DNA of 64,000 bases from Vicugna vicugna (Eukaryota), in contig MU057560.1 in the NCBI GenBank assembly GCA_013265495.1, positions 1,624,753 to 1,688,752 of the forward strand. The letters are read 5' to 3'. A model generated the notes under the pieces. That model was not told where the DNA came from. It worked only from the letters and a program-made list of their open reading frames with translations, and did no database searches. Below are positions 1 to 12,480 of this stretch, in pieces. Made by a program: the position numbers and the translations under genes. The first letter of the stretch is position 1, and each line of letters starts with the position of its first letter.

Positions 1-85
1 GGACATCGTGTTCCTCTGGGGGAAGGACCACATCACACTTACATCAGAAAGAGGCAAGTGCACCGGCGTGTTCAGGCCCTGGTAG

Positions 86-117
86 ACACACACACACACA
101 CACTCACACACACGCAC
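86..117. repeat. (CA)n microsatellite, imperfect
   Basis: acacacacacacacacactcacacacacgcac. Confidence 0.9.
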
Positions 118-869
118 GTTTTCTTAGTTAATTCTCACAGTCTCCCTATGACATCTAACAAAAACTCTCATCTTTATTTGTAAATAAAAATAATACTCTC
201 CGTCCTGCGGGACTTCTCTATGATTAATGACGTGTTGAGTGAAGACACACAAAGAGGCGGAGGTGACAGGGGAAGCTCGGACGCTGAGCGAGCAGCAGAA
301 GCAGGATTCAGGTCATGGGTACGGATAAGGCTGTGCTCCTGTGACACTGAGTGGTGTCCTTTATGTTGCAACCATGTGTAAGCTGCTGGGAGCGAACCTC
401 TCGTTTGAGGGGAAGAGACTTTCCCTCCGTGGTGGCTCTCAGAATAGGGTGAATGATTATGAAGAAGGGATGAAGACACCGCTTGCACTCGATAGATTTC
501 CAGGATCAAAACTTGAGCTTTGACAGACGCCTCTGAAGGAAAGCAGTGCAGGTAATAACCAGGACCTGCAGGTGTGCAGACGAGCACCTTGTGCCTACTT
601 CTCAGCAGGTTCAAAGCAGTTCACTATGGGGTCAAAATTGACATTTAGAACCTGTAATAAATGCTTTTTTCCAAATACCCAATTTTGCTAGCTTACGGTA
701 TTATAACAATTTTACCTATTTAACTCTCTTTCTAGAGAATGAGATTAAACCAGGAGACATAAAACAGTTTGATTTGGAAAGTCCATTTGTGACGTGACTA
801 AGAAAATTCACCATTACATTTGTCAATAAATAGAGCAATTTTAACATTTGAATTTTTTTCCTCCTTAGG

Positions 870-1010
870 CTTTTTTAAAATTGAAGTATAGTTGATGTAC
901 AACATTGTGTAACTTACAGGTGTACAATATAGTGATTCACAATTTTTAAAGGTCATACTCCATTTATTGTTATGATATTGGCTACATATCCTGCACAATG
1001 TGCCCTTATA
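870..1010 (-). mobile_element. L1 3'-end fragment
   Basis: ttttttaaaattgaagtatagttgatgtacaacattgtgtaacttacaggtgtacaatatagtgattc is the antisense L1 3' terminus. Confidence 0.8.
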
Positions 1011-2202
1011 GCTGATTTTGAATTTTTGCAAACTTTATTTTTAAGCTTTTTTACCATCCTACAAGAGTAAACCTTCACAAGGATGCGATTGCCAAAGTTT
1101 GAAGAGATCAACTTAAAAGTCTTGGTATGAGGAATTTCAAGCATAAAATTGAATATGATACATTATGTTCCTGGAAATATGCTCAGGTTTCCCACTTAAA
1201 CTTTTGAGATTATTTTATTGGGAAGTTTTATACAAATTCAATCTTATTTAAATGGATTTTTTTCTGTACTTTAATGTAAAACAATTTTTCCAGCTTTTCT
1301 CAATACTCATCCTTAGGGGAAAGAAACTACCTTCAAACAGCCAATCAGTTCACAATGCTCATTCTTCTAAATGTACCTGAAAATCTATCCAGGGCTTTCT
1401 TTTCCTTTAATTTTTCTTTTCAAATTACACGTAAAAAATCCCAGTGATAAATACATGCTTTCTTTCAAATAAATATATCTCTTCAAAGAAAGTAGTTAAA
1501 ATCTATTTTACAGATTATACCATGAAACATTCGTTCCAATACAGTCAGTCCTCATCTTATTTCATTTCATAAAATATTTAATATTTTCTACCTCCTGTTA
1601 AAAAGCAAAATCACATGCTAAGTGGTGGGCCCAATTAAGCTTTTAGTGTTTTTCATCTTTCTTTTACATTAAAACATAAGAAATGTTTTATCATGACGTT
1701 CATGACATCTGTAGACTTATTTACAAATTTGAAAAATTTAAACTCATTTAACAATATCTAAAATCTCAACATCATTGTCACACACGTATACACACTGAGC
1801 AAAGCATATAATGCACTGATCTTCCCAATTAATTAAAATTGTAGCTACAGGGTATATTTCACAATTAAAGATTAAGCAAAGAATAACTGCATACAAATTT
1901 ATTCTTGCTTTTAGAATTTATCTAAAACATAAATCAGGCATATCAAATCTAGACATTTTAAATATTGGCTTCTTTTGTAATTATTCTAACAAGTTGCATT
2001 TGGCAATGTGCTCCAGGACATTTTCTTTACTTGAAAAATGAGAATTGAACTTCAGTTACAGAAGATACAACTCGTTTTGCTGATTGTTATGAAAACAAAC
2101 TTGACTGAAAGATTCCACAGAAGACAGAGAACCTGACGTGAACAGCACGTAACATGTTATGAAAAGACACTGTATCTGCAAAAATGGGCTGAAATTAACA
2201 CG

Positions 2203-2690
2203 TTTATCAGTTACAGGTGGTTTTATGTGACAAACCAACCCGCATTTCAGTGGCTTAACCCAGCATCCGTGTATCAGTGCTCGCAAGTCCACTGGCCTCG
2301 GGATGGCTCTGCTGACCTGAGCCAGGCCAGGCTGGTCCTCCCTGCGCTGCAGATGCAGCCCAGTCCCGCAGGCTGGTGCCGGCTGGGCTCTGAAGGACAC
2401 CCGCCTCTCTGGTTGTCAGGACGCCGGGCACGACGGGCCGTGCCCTTCACCACCCAGCAGGCTGGTCTAAGCATCCGTCACAGGAAAGGTGGCGATCCTA
2501 GAGCTCCTGCGAGAGCAGGCCCCAGGCGGAGCACATTCCGGGCCTCTCCTGTGTCACAGCGACTGCCGTCCACTTGGCCAGAGCACGTCACTTGTCCAGC
2601 TCGCAGTCAGCACCCAGGAGGTGGCTGCCCCAGGGCACGGCCACAGGAGAAGGGCAAACACTGAGTCCATCACCCCAACAACCCACCAGG
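2203..2690 (-). mobile_element. MaLR LTR relic (MLT1G/H-like), GC-shifted
   Basis: tatcagttac...acaaaccaacccgcatttcagtggcttaa...ccacttggccagagcacgtcac are typical antisense MLT1 landmarks. Confidence 0.6.
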
Positions 2691-3039
2691 CCAGTATTTT
2701 GATACTTGCAACTCTTTCCTAAAATTTTGGATTAAATAAGGTGACTTTGACTATAATAATAACAAAAAATAGTTGTTTGATTAATCTTTGGAGAAAAATC
2801 TTTTTGGTTTCCCTTTCAGACTTTGGAAAAGTAAGAACTTTTATGAAGGAATGATAGATCTTTTCACTGAGCCACAGCCAGTTTTCATTCTTTGTTTTCA
2901 AAAAAAAATTAATAGCGAATCAAATGCAAATGTCAGCCAATTTACATCATGAAGAGTGAATCCTAACGGTAACACAGTGTGTTGTGTGATTTCAAAACGT
3001 CCAGAGGAAAGAGCATCCTGAGTGTTACAGGCGCCTCAC

Positions 3040-3086
3040 CTCTCCGTCCGCTTGTCTGTGAGCACAGTGAATCCTGGGTCCCGCAC
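3040..3086 (-). other. Candidate 47-nt internal exon (probably 5' UTR)
   Basis: Minus strand: catgttttgactttcgtAG|GTGCGGGACC...GGACGGAGAG|GTgagg. Canonical acceptor and strong donor. Confidence 0.55.
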
Positions 3087-4857
3087 CTACGAAAGTCAAA
3101 ACATGAAACAATGTTGAACAGAATTTATGTGAACCATGACTAATTGTAACAGGAAGTAATTTTATTCCATGGATGGACAAAAAGAATTGACCAAAAGTTC
3201 CATCAAGATGGTTTTCCAATAAAAATTTTTTATATTTTGTTATCTACTTATCAAAGTTCTAATGTATTTATATTTTGATCAACTGTGTATTAATGATAAA
3301 GTAATGACAACTTAGGCCCAAAGACAAATATTATTACTTATCGTGATAGGAAACAGTGTCTTTACATTTCTGTACGTAGGAGCACGTGGTAATTGATCAT
3401 TTTCAAGCATACACACAACTTAGTGTGAAATTCTGTAGAAGGGAATCAGAATGTTAAGTCAAGGGAAAAATGATTTAAAAATCCCCCAAAGTTAAAGCAA
3501 ATTTGTGGGTACACATATGCACACATGTGAGAATACGTACACATGTGTGCACATGCCTAACACTTAACCCTTAAACACATAATTGATCATGTGTTTTTAA
3601 ATGGATTAAGGTAAGCTTACAACACGGTCACTACACTGAGAGTCCACCCCGTGCATTTCAGTTTTGTATCAGTTTTGTTATGACAATGTCACTAATTTCA
3701 AAATGCCAGAAATTACACGTTGTGTAGCTGTTTTAAATCATGCTGAAAAATTTTGGACACCGACTTAAAGTGTCTAAGGGAATGTGTGGTTATTTTTAGC
3801 ACTGAAGAAGTGAATGGGTTTGAAGATAGAGGACAGTAAATGACCTGCCTGGTGAGTCAGTGAGACGCCCCACCTGAGACAGCGCCGACCCTCTGGCAGG
3901 TCTCTGAGGGACACCACGTTTTGCTGGGCTCCTTCTGGTACCTGTGCAGACAACACTCCAATGCTGGCATGGCGTCCTGCAAAGCCAATGTGACCACCCC
4001 TAACATGGACATCCTCCAATCCAGACCCCTCCAACCCAGACCCCTCCCCAGGCAGGCAGCTGATAGCCGGCCTCCGGCTACCTGGCTTTTTAATTGTCTT
4101 TCAACTCATCCCACAATATAGGAGGAAAGAGGAGCATTATTTGTTGAGACCACACAAATCCCAACCGTGAGGAAGAGTATTATTAGAAACATTTGTATTT
4201 CCAATTCAACCCTACTCTCAAATGTAACTTCAGGGGAAAAAGAAAGACTTCAGGGACAAAGATGCACTTTACCAGGCAAAGCTAATAAGCTAATAATACA
4301 GAGCAAAGGAAGATGACCTTTGTGATGAGGAGTTACATTTTACAACCTCTGGTTCTCAACTGATCATCATATTAATTCAACAAATAGTTACTGTTAATGA
4401 ATTCAACAAATAATTACTTTTATTGTAGGCTGAGTACCATGCCCAGATGACATGGAAAATGAAATATAGTTCCTGTTCCCAAAATTGGGACAATAAACCA
4501 AGACAAACATAAAATCAGGAAAACATAGTGAATTACCGGAGCGTCGTGGGGAAAATGAGCAGGCTCACGTGGGATGTAAAGGAGAGCAGGGAATTCCTGC
4601 CGGGGTGAAGGGCTGAAGGGCCAGGGCTCTCTGAATATATCGTCCTCAGCGTCCCGGGGTCCTGGGCCGGCCCCCACTTCTTCCTCTCCTGCCGTGTCCA
4701 CGCCGATCAACAGAGGAGAGCTCTGTTTAGCCTCTTGTGTCTGCTCGGGGGTTTTGCGGGGCAAGTCTAACCCATGGCGAGCAGGTGTAAGGGCACAAAG
4801 CCAACAGGCGCTCCACCTCTGTTCTGGGACAAGGGCTTCCGCACGATGGAAGTAGCT

Positions 4858-4997
4858 CTTCCGATTTCCGTGTTGTACGCGTTTGTGTAACCAGAGCCGG
4901 GATGGCTCCCTCCTGAGGCTTCACTCCCAAGGGAAGAGAATTAAGACTAGTAGTTAGGAACAGACCAGTCCTACAGCTGCATAGAACTATTTCCAAT
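4858..4997 (-). other. Candidate non-coding exon (acceptor clear, 3' boundary uncertain)
   Basis: Acceptor ctcctgtctgtctccttccAG|ATTGGAAATAGTTCTATGCAGC at 4998/4997. The text resembles a SORBS2 5'-UTR exon from memory. The 4858 end rests on that recollection and has no GT there. Confidence 0.4.
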
Positions 4998-5879
4998 CTG
5001 GAAGGAGACAGACAGGAGTGGGGTAGTTTAATGAAGGATTTTTGGTTTGTTTTTTGGCTTGTTTCAAATGCTGTCTTGACCCAGTTTTGAGACCCTGGCC
5101 AGAGAACTTCTTAAGCAGTCAAGTTCACGGCCCAACCACTTCCCTTACAGGACTGACCCACTGCCAGCTTCCATGCGCCCCGCCTCGTCACCCCAGGGCC
5201 AGCACCCAGGCAATGAGGGCCAGCCCCCATGCCCCAAGCCTGCACACCCACCCAAACTAGCCTGCCCGCGGGAGCCCTGGGGCCTGCCTCATCCCACCTA
5301 AACTGCCCCCAGCAGCTCCGGCTGCAAATCCTTGCATTCAGAGCCGCAAGTAACAGAGGCCTGAATTTCATCCACCTGGTGTCTGTGTGCTGTGTCCCAC
5401 CATCAAGAGGGCCTTTAAATCTTATAGAACAAGTGGCAAGAGAGAAACTGGAATAGAACACAAACTGCTGCCTGAGTTCAGACACACTCAGACCTTCCCA
5501 GTGTCTTTCAAAAGCCTGGCTTGAAGGGTTACTGAAAGGTGTTTACAGAAACGAAACTGAATCATTTGAATTTAAATGATATTTTCAATTACTGTCTGGA
5601 TTCTTGGACTAAGTAGCCAGCTAAGAATGCGTCTTACGCACAGAAAGGACAAAAACTGGAAACAAGGGCAGAGAGACTTAAAGAGTCCTGATTTTCATCA
5701 TGCTTTTTGAATGAAATACACTCCAGATCTTGAGCAGCTGGGGCGGGGGAAGGGGGAGGGCGAGGGTGGAAGACAAGAGGGGCACATTTCCCAAAACGAG
5801 GGACTGAGTGAAGAACACGTCCTAGGAGATGAAGAGGTCTGTGCCATGTGCTCTATGGCTCTAAGGAAACTGGCAACCT

Positions 5880-6745
5880 AATGCTCACGGTCGCTAGTTA
5901 TCAGAGAAATGCAAGTCAAAACCACAGTGAGGTGTCACCTCACACCAGTCAGAGTGGCCATCATTCAAAAGTCTACAAACAACAAATGCTGGAGAGGCTG
6001 TAGAGAAAAGGGAACCCTCCTACACTGCTGGTGGGATGCAGTATGATGCAGCCATAATGGAAAACAGTATAGAGATTCCTTTAAAAAACTAAAAATAGAC
6101 TTACCATATGATCCAACAATTCCATTTCTGGCCATACATCCAGTTGGAATTTTAATTCAATAAGACACCTGCACCCAATGTTCACAGCAGCACTATTTAC
6201 AACAGCCAAGACATTGAAGCAACCTATTATGTCCATCAGCAGGTAACTGGATAAAGAGGTTGTGGTATATTTATACAATGGAATACTACTCAACTATAAA
6301 AAGAATAAAATAATGCCATTTTCAGCAACATGAATGGACCTGGAGATTGTCATACTAAGTGAAGTAAACCAGAAAGAGAAAGAAAAATCCATATATCACT
6401 CATATGTGGAATCTTTAAAAAACACAAAAACATAAAAGACAAATGAACTTATTTACAAAACAGAAACAGACTCACAGACATAGAAAACAAACTTACGGTT
6501 ACCAGGAGGGAAAGAGATAAATTGGGAGTTAAAGATTTGCAGATACTAATTAATATATATAAAGTAGATAAACAGCAAATTTCTACTGTAAAGCACAGGG
6601 AACTATATTCAATATCTTGTAGTCACCTGTAATGAAAAAGAACATGAAAAGGAGTATCTGTGTGTGTGTGTGTGTGTGTGTGACTGAAACATGACGCTGT
6701 GCACCAGGAACTGACACACTGTAACTGACTCAACTTCAGTAACAA
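5880..6745 (+). mobile_element. L1 3' portion (end of ORF2 plus 3' UTR), with (TG)n at ~6659-6682
   Basis: tcagagaaatgcaagtcaaaaccacagtgagg...aaatgctggagaggctgtagagaaaagggaaccctcctacactgctggtggg...acagactcacagacatagaaaacaaac...gcacagggaactatattcaatatcttgt. Confidence 0.95.
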
Positions 6746-7984
6746 AGAAGAGGAAAGCTGGAAACCAGGCAGCGCGCCCTGGAGGCAGGACTGGAAGGGA
6801 CTGTTCTCCGCAGAAACTGAAAGGATTCAGAAAATAACTACATTTAGCAATCTCCCCATAAAATGGCTGGGCGCCCATCTAATTAACCAACAACAAAGCT
6901 CATCCGTTGAAAAAATTCTCATCCATGTATAGAAAGCTTCTAAACAGCTTTTCAGAGTCTTACTCTCGAATGGAACTAGACAACGAAGGATCACCAAGTA
7001 CTGAGAAAAGCCTCTGGCATGACAGAAACACAAAAAGAAAAAATTTAAAGCATTAAAAAAAGATTAAGAAGAAGCAACAGAAGAACAAAAAACAAGACAC
7101 AAAAAAACAAGCTTTGAGACAACTTCGAGGAAGCTCCAAAAAAAAGTAAAAAACAAACTTTAAAATGAAAAAAGTTCTTTTCTCAAAGAGTTAAGAGAGG
7201 ACACTTCATTTTGTTACTGAAAACTTATCTATTAAAAAACATAAATAATGGAACATTCGTAGAATCAGAAAGATTTCTTGGAATTTAAAATGTCAGAGCA
7301 AAATTGAAATCTAACACAAGTGAGAGAATTAGCTAATTCCGAGGAAAGCAAAGGGTGGTAGGAGGCAGAAAACGAGACCACAGAGCTCTGCTTTCAGCAG
7401 TGAGTCTTTCCCACTCAAGTAACGTAGGTAAATATGAGATTAGAATAGCGATACAATTACTGGGAGCATGAAGTACGGAGAGTGATGGTGTAAGCGTGAG
7501 AAATTTCCAGCTTCCGTACCAGACGCTCAAAGGCGATGACTGAAACTGGTATTAAGGAATCCCAGAATGCAAGTGTTGTTTAGAAACACAGAGCTAACTG
7601 TAAAAAGAAACAGCCAAAACAGCCCAGGAAGTGCAATCCAGACCAGCGGACCCTGCAGAGTCCTGCCGCCCCGGCTGCCTGTGCGCCAGCAAACCCCCGG
7701 CACGCCCGGTAAGTGGGCTGTGGAAAGGGCCTCTCTGTTGTGTGAGGAAGGGGCGCTCAGAGGGGAACTGACTTGGGCGGCACGCTCTGCGGTAACCCTC
7801 GTCACCGCACGCTGTAGCAGCAAGGGTTTTGAAGGGATGTCTTTCTTCAACTACGTTCCCACAGATGCGTTCTGGGTCACTCGTCCTCGTCAAGAATGCA
7901 CGAATGAAGCTAACTCAGGCATTGACTGCTAAGCAGTAAGTTTTCTTGTAAAATTCCGAAACGATTTCATTTGGAAAACAGTGT

Positions 7985-8160
7985 CTATATATGGTAGAAC
8001 CAACAAGGTCCAAGTGTGTGGCCCAGGGAACTACACTCACTACCTTGTAATGAGCTACAATGAGTAAGAATGTGAAAAATAATACATGCACGTAACTGAA
8101 TCGCTCTGCTGCACGCCAGAAACTGACACAACATCAGAAATCAACTCTACTGCAATAAAA
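7985..8160 (+). mobile_element. L1 3'-end fragment
   Basis: caacaaggtcc...cagggaactacactcactaccttgtaat...aactgaatcgctctgctgcacgccagaaactgacacaac...AATAAA. Confidence 0.85.
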
Positions 8161-8324
8161 GAATGTCTACAGATAAGGCTACTACTTAAAGCCAAGTCTC
8201 TATTCCTTTTATTCACTGAAAGAATAAGAAAATTAAACATTTTTGACAAAATCATCTAAAACCTTAGTAATCATCTCTTGTTAGAGACACACTAGTTAAT
8301 TAATATTTTTAAGGAAAAAAGCTC

Positions 8325-8905
8325 TTCACCTCAGCCAGATGAAGGGTAAGCAAACATGACAGTGACAAACCACACTGACAGCAACACCCTCGACAGGGGG
8401 TCACGCGGAGGCACTTGACCTCTGTGGTCTCCCCCAAAAACCCTGACCCGTTTAACTCTGACAAAAACACCCGTCATCCCAATGGAGGGACCTTCTACTA
8501 CAGCCTGATCAGTACTCCCCAAAACTGCCAAGGGCGTGGGAACCATGACCCATTTGAGAAAAGGTCACGGTCACGAGGGGTCTGAGGAGACACAGTGACC
8601 AAACGGTGGGTGGGGTGATGGAAGGGACCCTGGGACAGAAAAAGAACGTCAGGTAAAAACTGAGGAAACTGAGCCAAGTGTGGAATTCAGTTCATAATAA
8701 TGGATCAGTGTTGATTCGTGGCCGCGTCTATCAGCACTGTCTGTCCGTGCTGGGGATAACAGGACTGCCGTCCACCAGCGACACCACTGCTGGCACCAGC
8801 CGTTGACTGGCTCCCCTGGTCAATGGCGGAGGAGCCTGGTATGTGGCAGGGCTCCTGTGCTGCGTTCACAACACGTTTGTGCATCTAAAACTCTGCTAAA
8901 TTCAG
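8325..8905 (+). mobile_element. Old L1 (L1MC-like) 3' end
   Basis: acctctgtggtctcccccaaaaacc...cagtactccccaaaactgccaagg...gaccctgggacagaaaaagaacgtcaggtaaaaactgaggaaac match L1MC 3'-end landmarks as recalled. Confidence 0.7.
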
Positions 8906-11019
8906 AGCTATTTTTAAAGATACTGCACAGTTCAAGGTTACTTATAAAAGATACTCAGGTTTGTATTTCTGATGAAAAACGTTAAGAGATGAAGAATGAC
9001 ACTCCTCCAGCACAGCACAAGCACAGGGCTATCTCTACTCCCCTGAAGATAAAGAGCTGGGAACTCAGGTGCCTGGGAACTTACCAGAGCCCGAGAGTGT
9101 GCCTTTAACAGCCATGTTTTACTGCCTTAAGGAGCCCGTTAGTTTGATCCACATAAATATTAAGTCCTGAGAAGTTTGTATTATGTTCTTTCCACTTCAA
9201 AATATAATACTTCATATATTTCTCTGAAGAAACTTAGGTGACTTTAGCATAAACAATAACAAACAGAAATCCATGTCTTAAAGGTAAGGCAGACAAATAA
9301 TTTGTGTCAGATTCTTTTGAGAAATAAAATTACCTGTTAAATCTTCATTAGATGCTCAGTAAATAATATATGCGATAACCTGTCAAATTTTTGCTTAGAA
9401 CATTGCTAGATATCCGTGGAGATTTGCCATTTACTGATTTCATATTTCACTGCCCTCTTTAAGCAATTTTATTTAAAGCCTGAGGATGAGGACGCAAAGT
9501 GCTTTTCCTTATGGATGTACTAATACTGGGCTGTTTCATGGAATAATGACAGAATACACACTCAAGCACCAACCACTGAGCGCCTGTTGTGTTTGAGGCA
9601 CTCTGAGTTAAGGGTTTCAGAATTTTAAAGTAATATTTGTATTCTCCAAACTGATCAGATAGGTATGATTTAGCCAAAAAGGAAACTAATTACTCCTCCA
9701 TGTATATTTATTCAGAAAAAAAATGTATATCATTGATTTAAAGCCCTCTGTTATTTTAATGTGAAGTTTACCATAAAAATGAACCTGGCATCTTAATGTG
9801 TAAAATACAATATTAAATGTGAAGCCAACCCATGAAATACACATACTAATTTATGAAGGGTTTTAATAAATATATAAGACTGACTTAAACAAAAAGTATC
9901 TTTAAGTCAACATTTCAGGAGGAAAAAAAGAACACAAATTGGGAGATGAAAAGAAAGGAGGGGATATAGATTTCCATTCATTTTAAGAAAGAGACGTGAG
10001 TTATAAAAATGCAGTGAAATTATGGAAAAAAAAGTAATATTTAAGACTTTGAGATGAGCCCAAGATTGAGAGAAATTGTGTAATATTAGTTTTAAATTGT
10101 CAGAGCTGAAATTCATAGATTATGTTTCAACTGTGTACTACAGGAAGCCCCTCCTCTGAAGAAGCGGGTGTTGAGAAATAGAATTTGGGGCAAGCAGCCC
10201 AGAATCTAAAAAGACTAAGGTACACGGACTCGGGGCCGCAAGAAACACCCCAGAGACCCAGGGCAACAGGAGACTGACAGCTGTGAACACAGAAAGGGAC
10301 CTCTGAGAACAAGGGTTCAGGTTTTTCTTGCAGTTGCCAACTGCTGATTACCTAAGGAAGAAGTGAAAACGACAGAAAGAAGAGAATAAAAACTACTCAG
10401 ATCTCACCCCAAGGTTTTCATTTTTAGGAAATCAAGGAAAAAGGTGCTCTCATTTTTTTTTCAGTACCCATTTTCCATGACAAATACTTCTTTGTTTGGC
10501 AATAAATTGGGCTGGCAATTGCCCGAAGTGGTCGGAAGCCAAGGTGATGCCCACTGTGCGCGGTCCCCTAGTTACAGCAAAAACTCACGCAGTGGTCTCA
10601 GGCTCACTGACTCTGCTAAAAGCGCTATAAAACGCACTCATTTTGTGCCTTGAATAATGAATTCCTAACGGGATTTATGGCATTTGTAAAAGTTTTAGCA
10701 AATTTTGTCAAGTTAATATCTAGTCTGGCGATGGAAAAACTATCAGAAGGAAACTGGGTTAAAGAGATTATATACATAACAAGGAGAAATACGTAAAACC
10801 ACATGATTAATCACTTGAATGAATATTTCAGCTTTTGTAGTTATAGGGAGTGACAAATATTTCCAGTGATTTAGGAGAAAAGTGGAGCAAACTAATGTAA
10901 AGCTGGGGAAACAGATATAAAATCATTTGAAAAGGTTTAAAGTGCCATGTAAATGCTAAGTTGTGTGCTGTGAAATATTATGAAGGCACACACAAAAAAA
11001 TAGGGTTGTTTATTTCTAC

Positions 11020-11488
11020 TGTATGAGAGACTTTTGCTGGCCTACCTGTATCCATTTCCTTACTAACAGAAGATGGATTTTATTTGGGTGCTATGTGTCC
11101 GTCTTAAAACAAAGAGACAAAGAGTCAGCTAGAAATGGTCCCTCCATAATCTCCTGCTGGTCACCTTGGAGTGAATCCCTGGCTGGGGCTTCTGAGAAAT
11201 CCCATTGAATACAAGCTCACTCAACTGATGAATTCTTTTTTTTTTTTTCCTATTTCCTTTCTGGCCTGGAAGCAGACAGAATGTTGGATATGGCTGTACC
11301 CATAAGGTGACCAAGGAGGAAAGACAGAAATTTACAGAAAACATGCCATGTCATCCTTGGACGCCTGGACCAAACTCCAGAATCCTAATTGTAACCATCA
11401 GATAAAGACAATTAATTTCACCAGCTTTTTGAAACCATTGCTTTTGGATTCTCTGTTATTCTCACACAAATTCAACATCTAGCTGACA
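11020..11488 (+). mobile_element. MaLR LTR relic (MLT1J/K-like)
   Basis: Start tgt...ctggcctacctgtatccatttccttactaacagaag and end ttggattctctgttattc...ctagctgacac match MLT1J/K termini as recalled. Confidence 0.6.
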
Positions 11489-11514
11489 CCACATCCCCTC
11501 TTGTGGGGAATTTA

Positions 11515-12040
11515 TTTCAAGAGAAAGAATGAGGAAAACAACCCTGAAAAAATAACTAATGAAACAGAGATAAATATCCCATTATTTGTATATTCATATA
11601 CACGCCACAGAATACTACTCAGCCAGGAAAAAGAACATTTTGCCATTTGCAACAACATAGAAGGACCTGGAGGGCATTATGCTTAGGGAAATGAGTTAGG
11701 CAGACAAGTACACTGTATGTTATCATTTAAATGTAGAATCTAAAAAAAAAACCCACCAGCAACAAATGAATGAATATAACAAAACAGACTCACAGAGAAC
11801 ACACCAGCGGTTACCAGTGGGGAGAGGGAAGGGGGGAGGGGCATGACGGGGGCGAAGATTAAGGGGTACACGTTACTAAGCAAAAAATAAACTACAAAGA
11901 TATATTGTACAGCACAAGGAATATCACCAATATTTTATAATAATTTCAAGTTAAGTAAAAATATTGCATACAAAAGTCTGTTTTCCACCTGAAACTAAGA
12001 AGATATGATAAATCAACGGTACTTCAATAAAAGTAAATAC
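11515..12040 (+). mobile_element. L1 fragments: short ORF1-region piece joined to an L1 3' end
   Basis: L1 3' text gaatactactcagcc...ttttgccatttgcaacaacat...gacctggagggcattatgct...acagactcacagaga...atattgtacagcacaaggaata..., ending at AATAAA 12026-12031. The 11515-11578 piece resembles an L1 ORF1 start region (less certain). Confidence 0.85.
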
Positions 12041-12480
12041 AAAGTGCGGCCTGCAGACGTTGCTGAGGAGGCCGCAGCGGCAGGGAAACAAGGCAGGAGG
12101 CGTGAAGGCTGGCTGGGCCTGCTCGCGGCCCTCGGCGACGCACGGCCGGAGCCTCAGCGCCGAGCTTCCCCACGGCCGCGCACAGCGACGCTCGCGGTCA
12201 AGCAGGACGCCCCCAGCGCCGTAACGCGAGAAGACGCCGCGTCCGCGAGAAGCGCGGCTCTTCCGGGTCTTCACTGAGGGGGCTTCTCTTCCGAGCCGCT
12301 GCGCGGGGACACTCGGCGGACTCGCCCGGGCCGCCGCCAGCCCGCAGGGCCGGGTCCTCCGGCGGGCGGACCCGCGCTGCCGCAGCTCGGGGGCTGGGGC
12401 GGGGTGGGGGGTGCGCGGACCGTGGTTCCCGAGCCATCTGGAGCAGAAGCGCCACAGAAGCGAGGGCTCCGCCCTCCTCC
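12040..12480. promoter_or_regulatory. CpG island with housekeeping-promoter-like motifs
   Basis: Abrupt switch from AT-rich L1 to very CpG-dense DNA. Contains two CGCGAGAA motifs (~12226, ~12245), an ETS-type CTTCCGG (~12260), a GC box, and a four-G-run G4 motif GGGGGCTGGGGCGGGGTGGGGGG (~12389-12411). Confidence 0.65.

Noticed and set aside
12005..12277. ORF with faint resemblance to a Siglec juxtamembrane region (VTREDAASARSAA)
   Set aside because: It starts inside an L1, has no TM segment, and stops before the ITIM. The similarity is too weak in GC-rich DNA.
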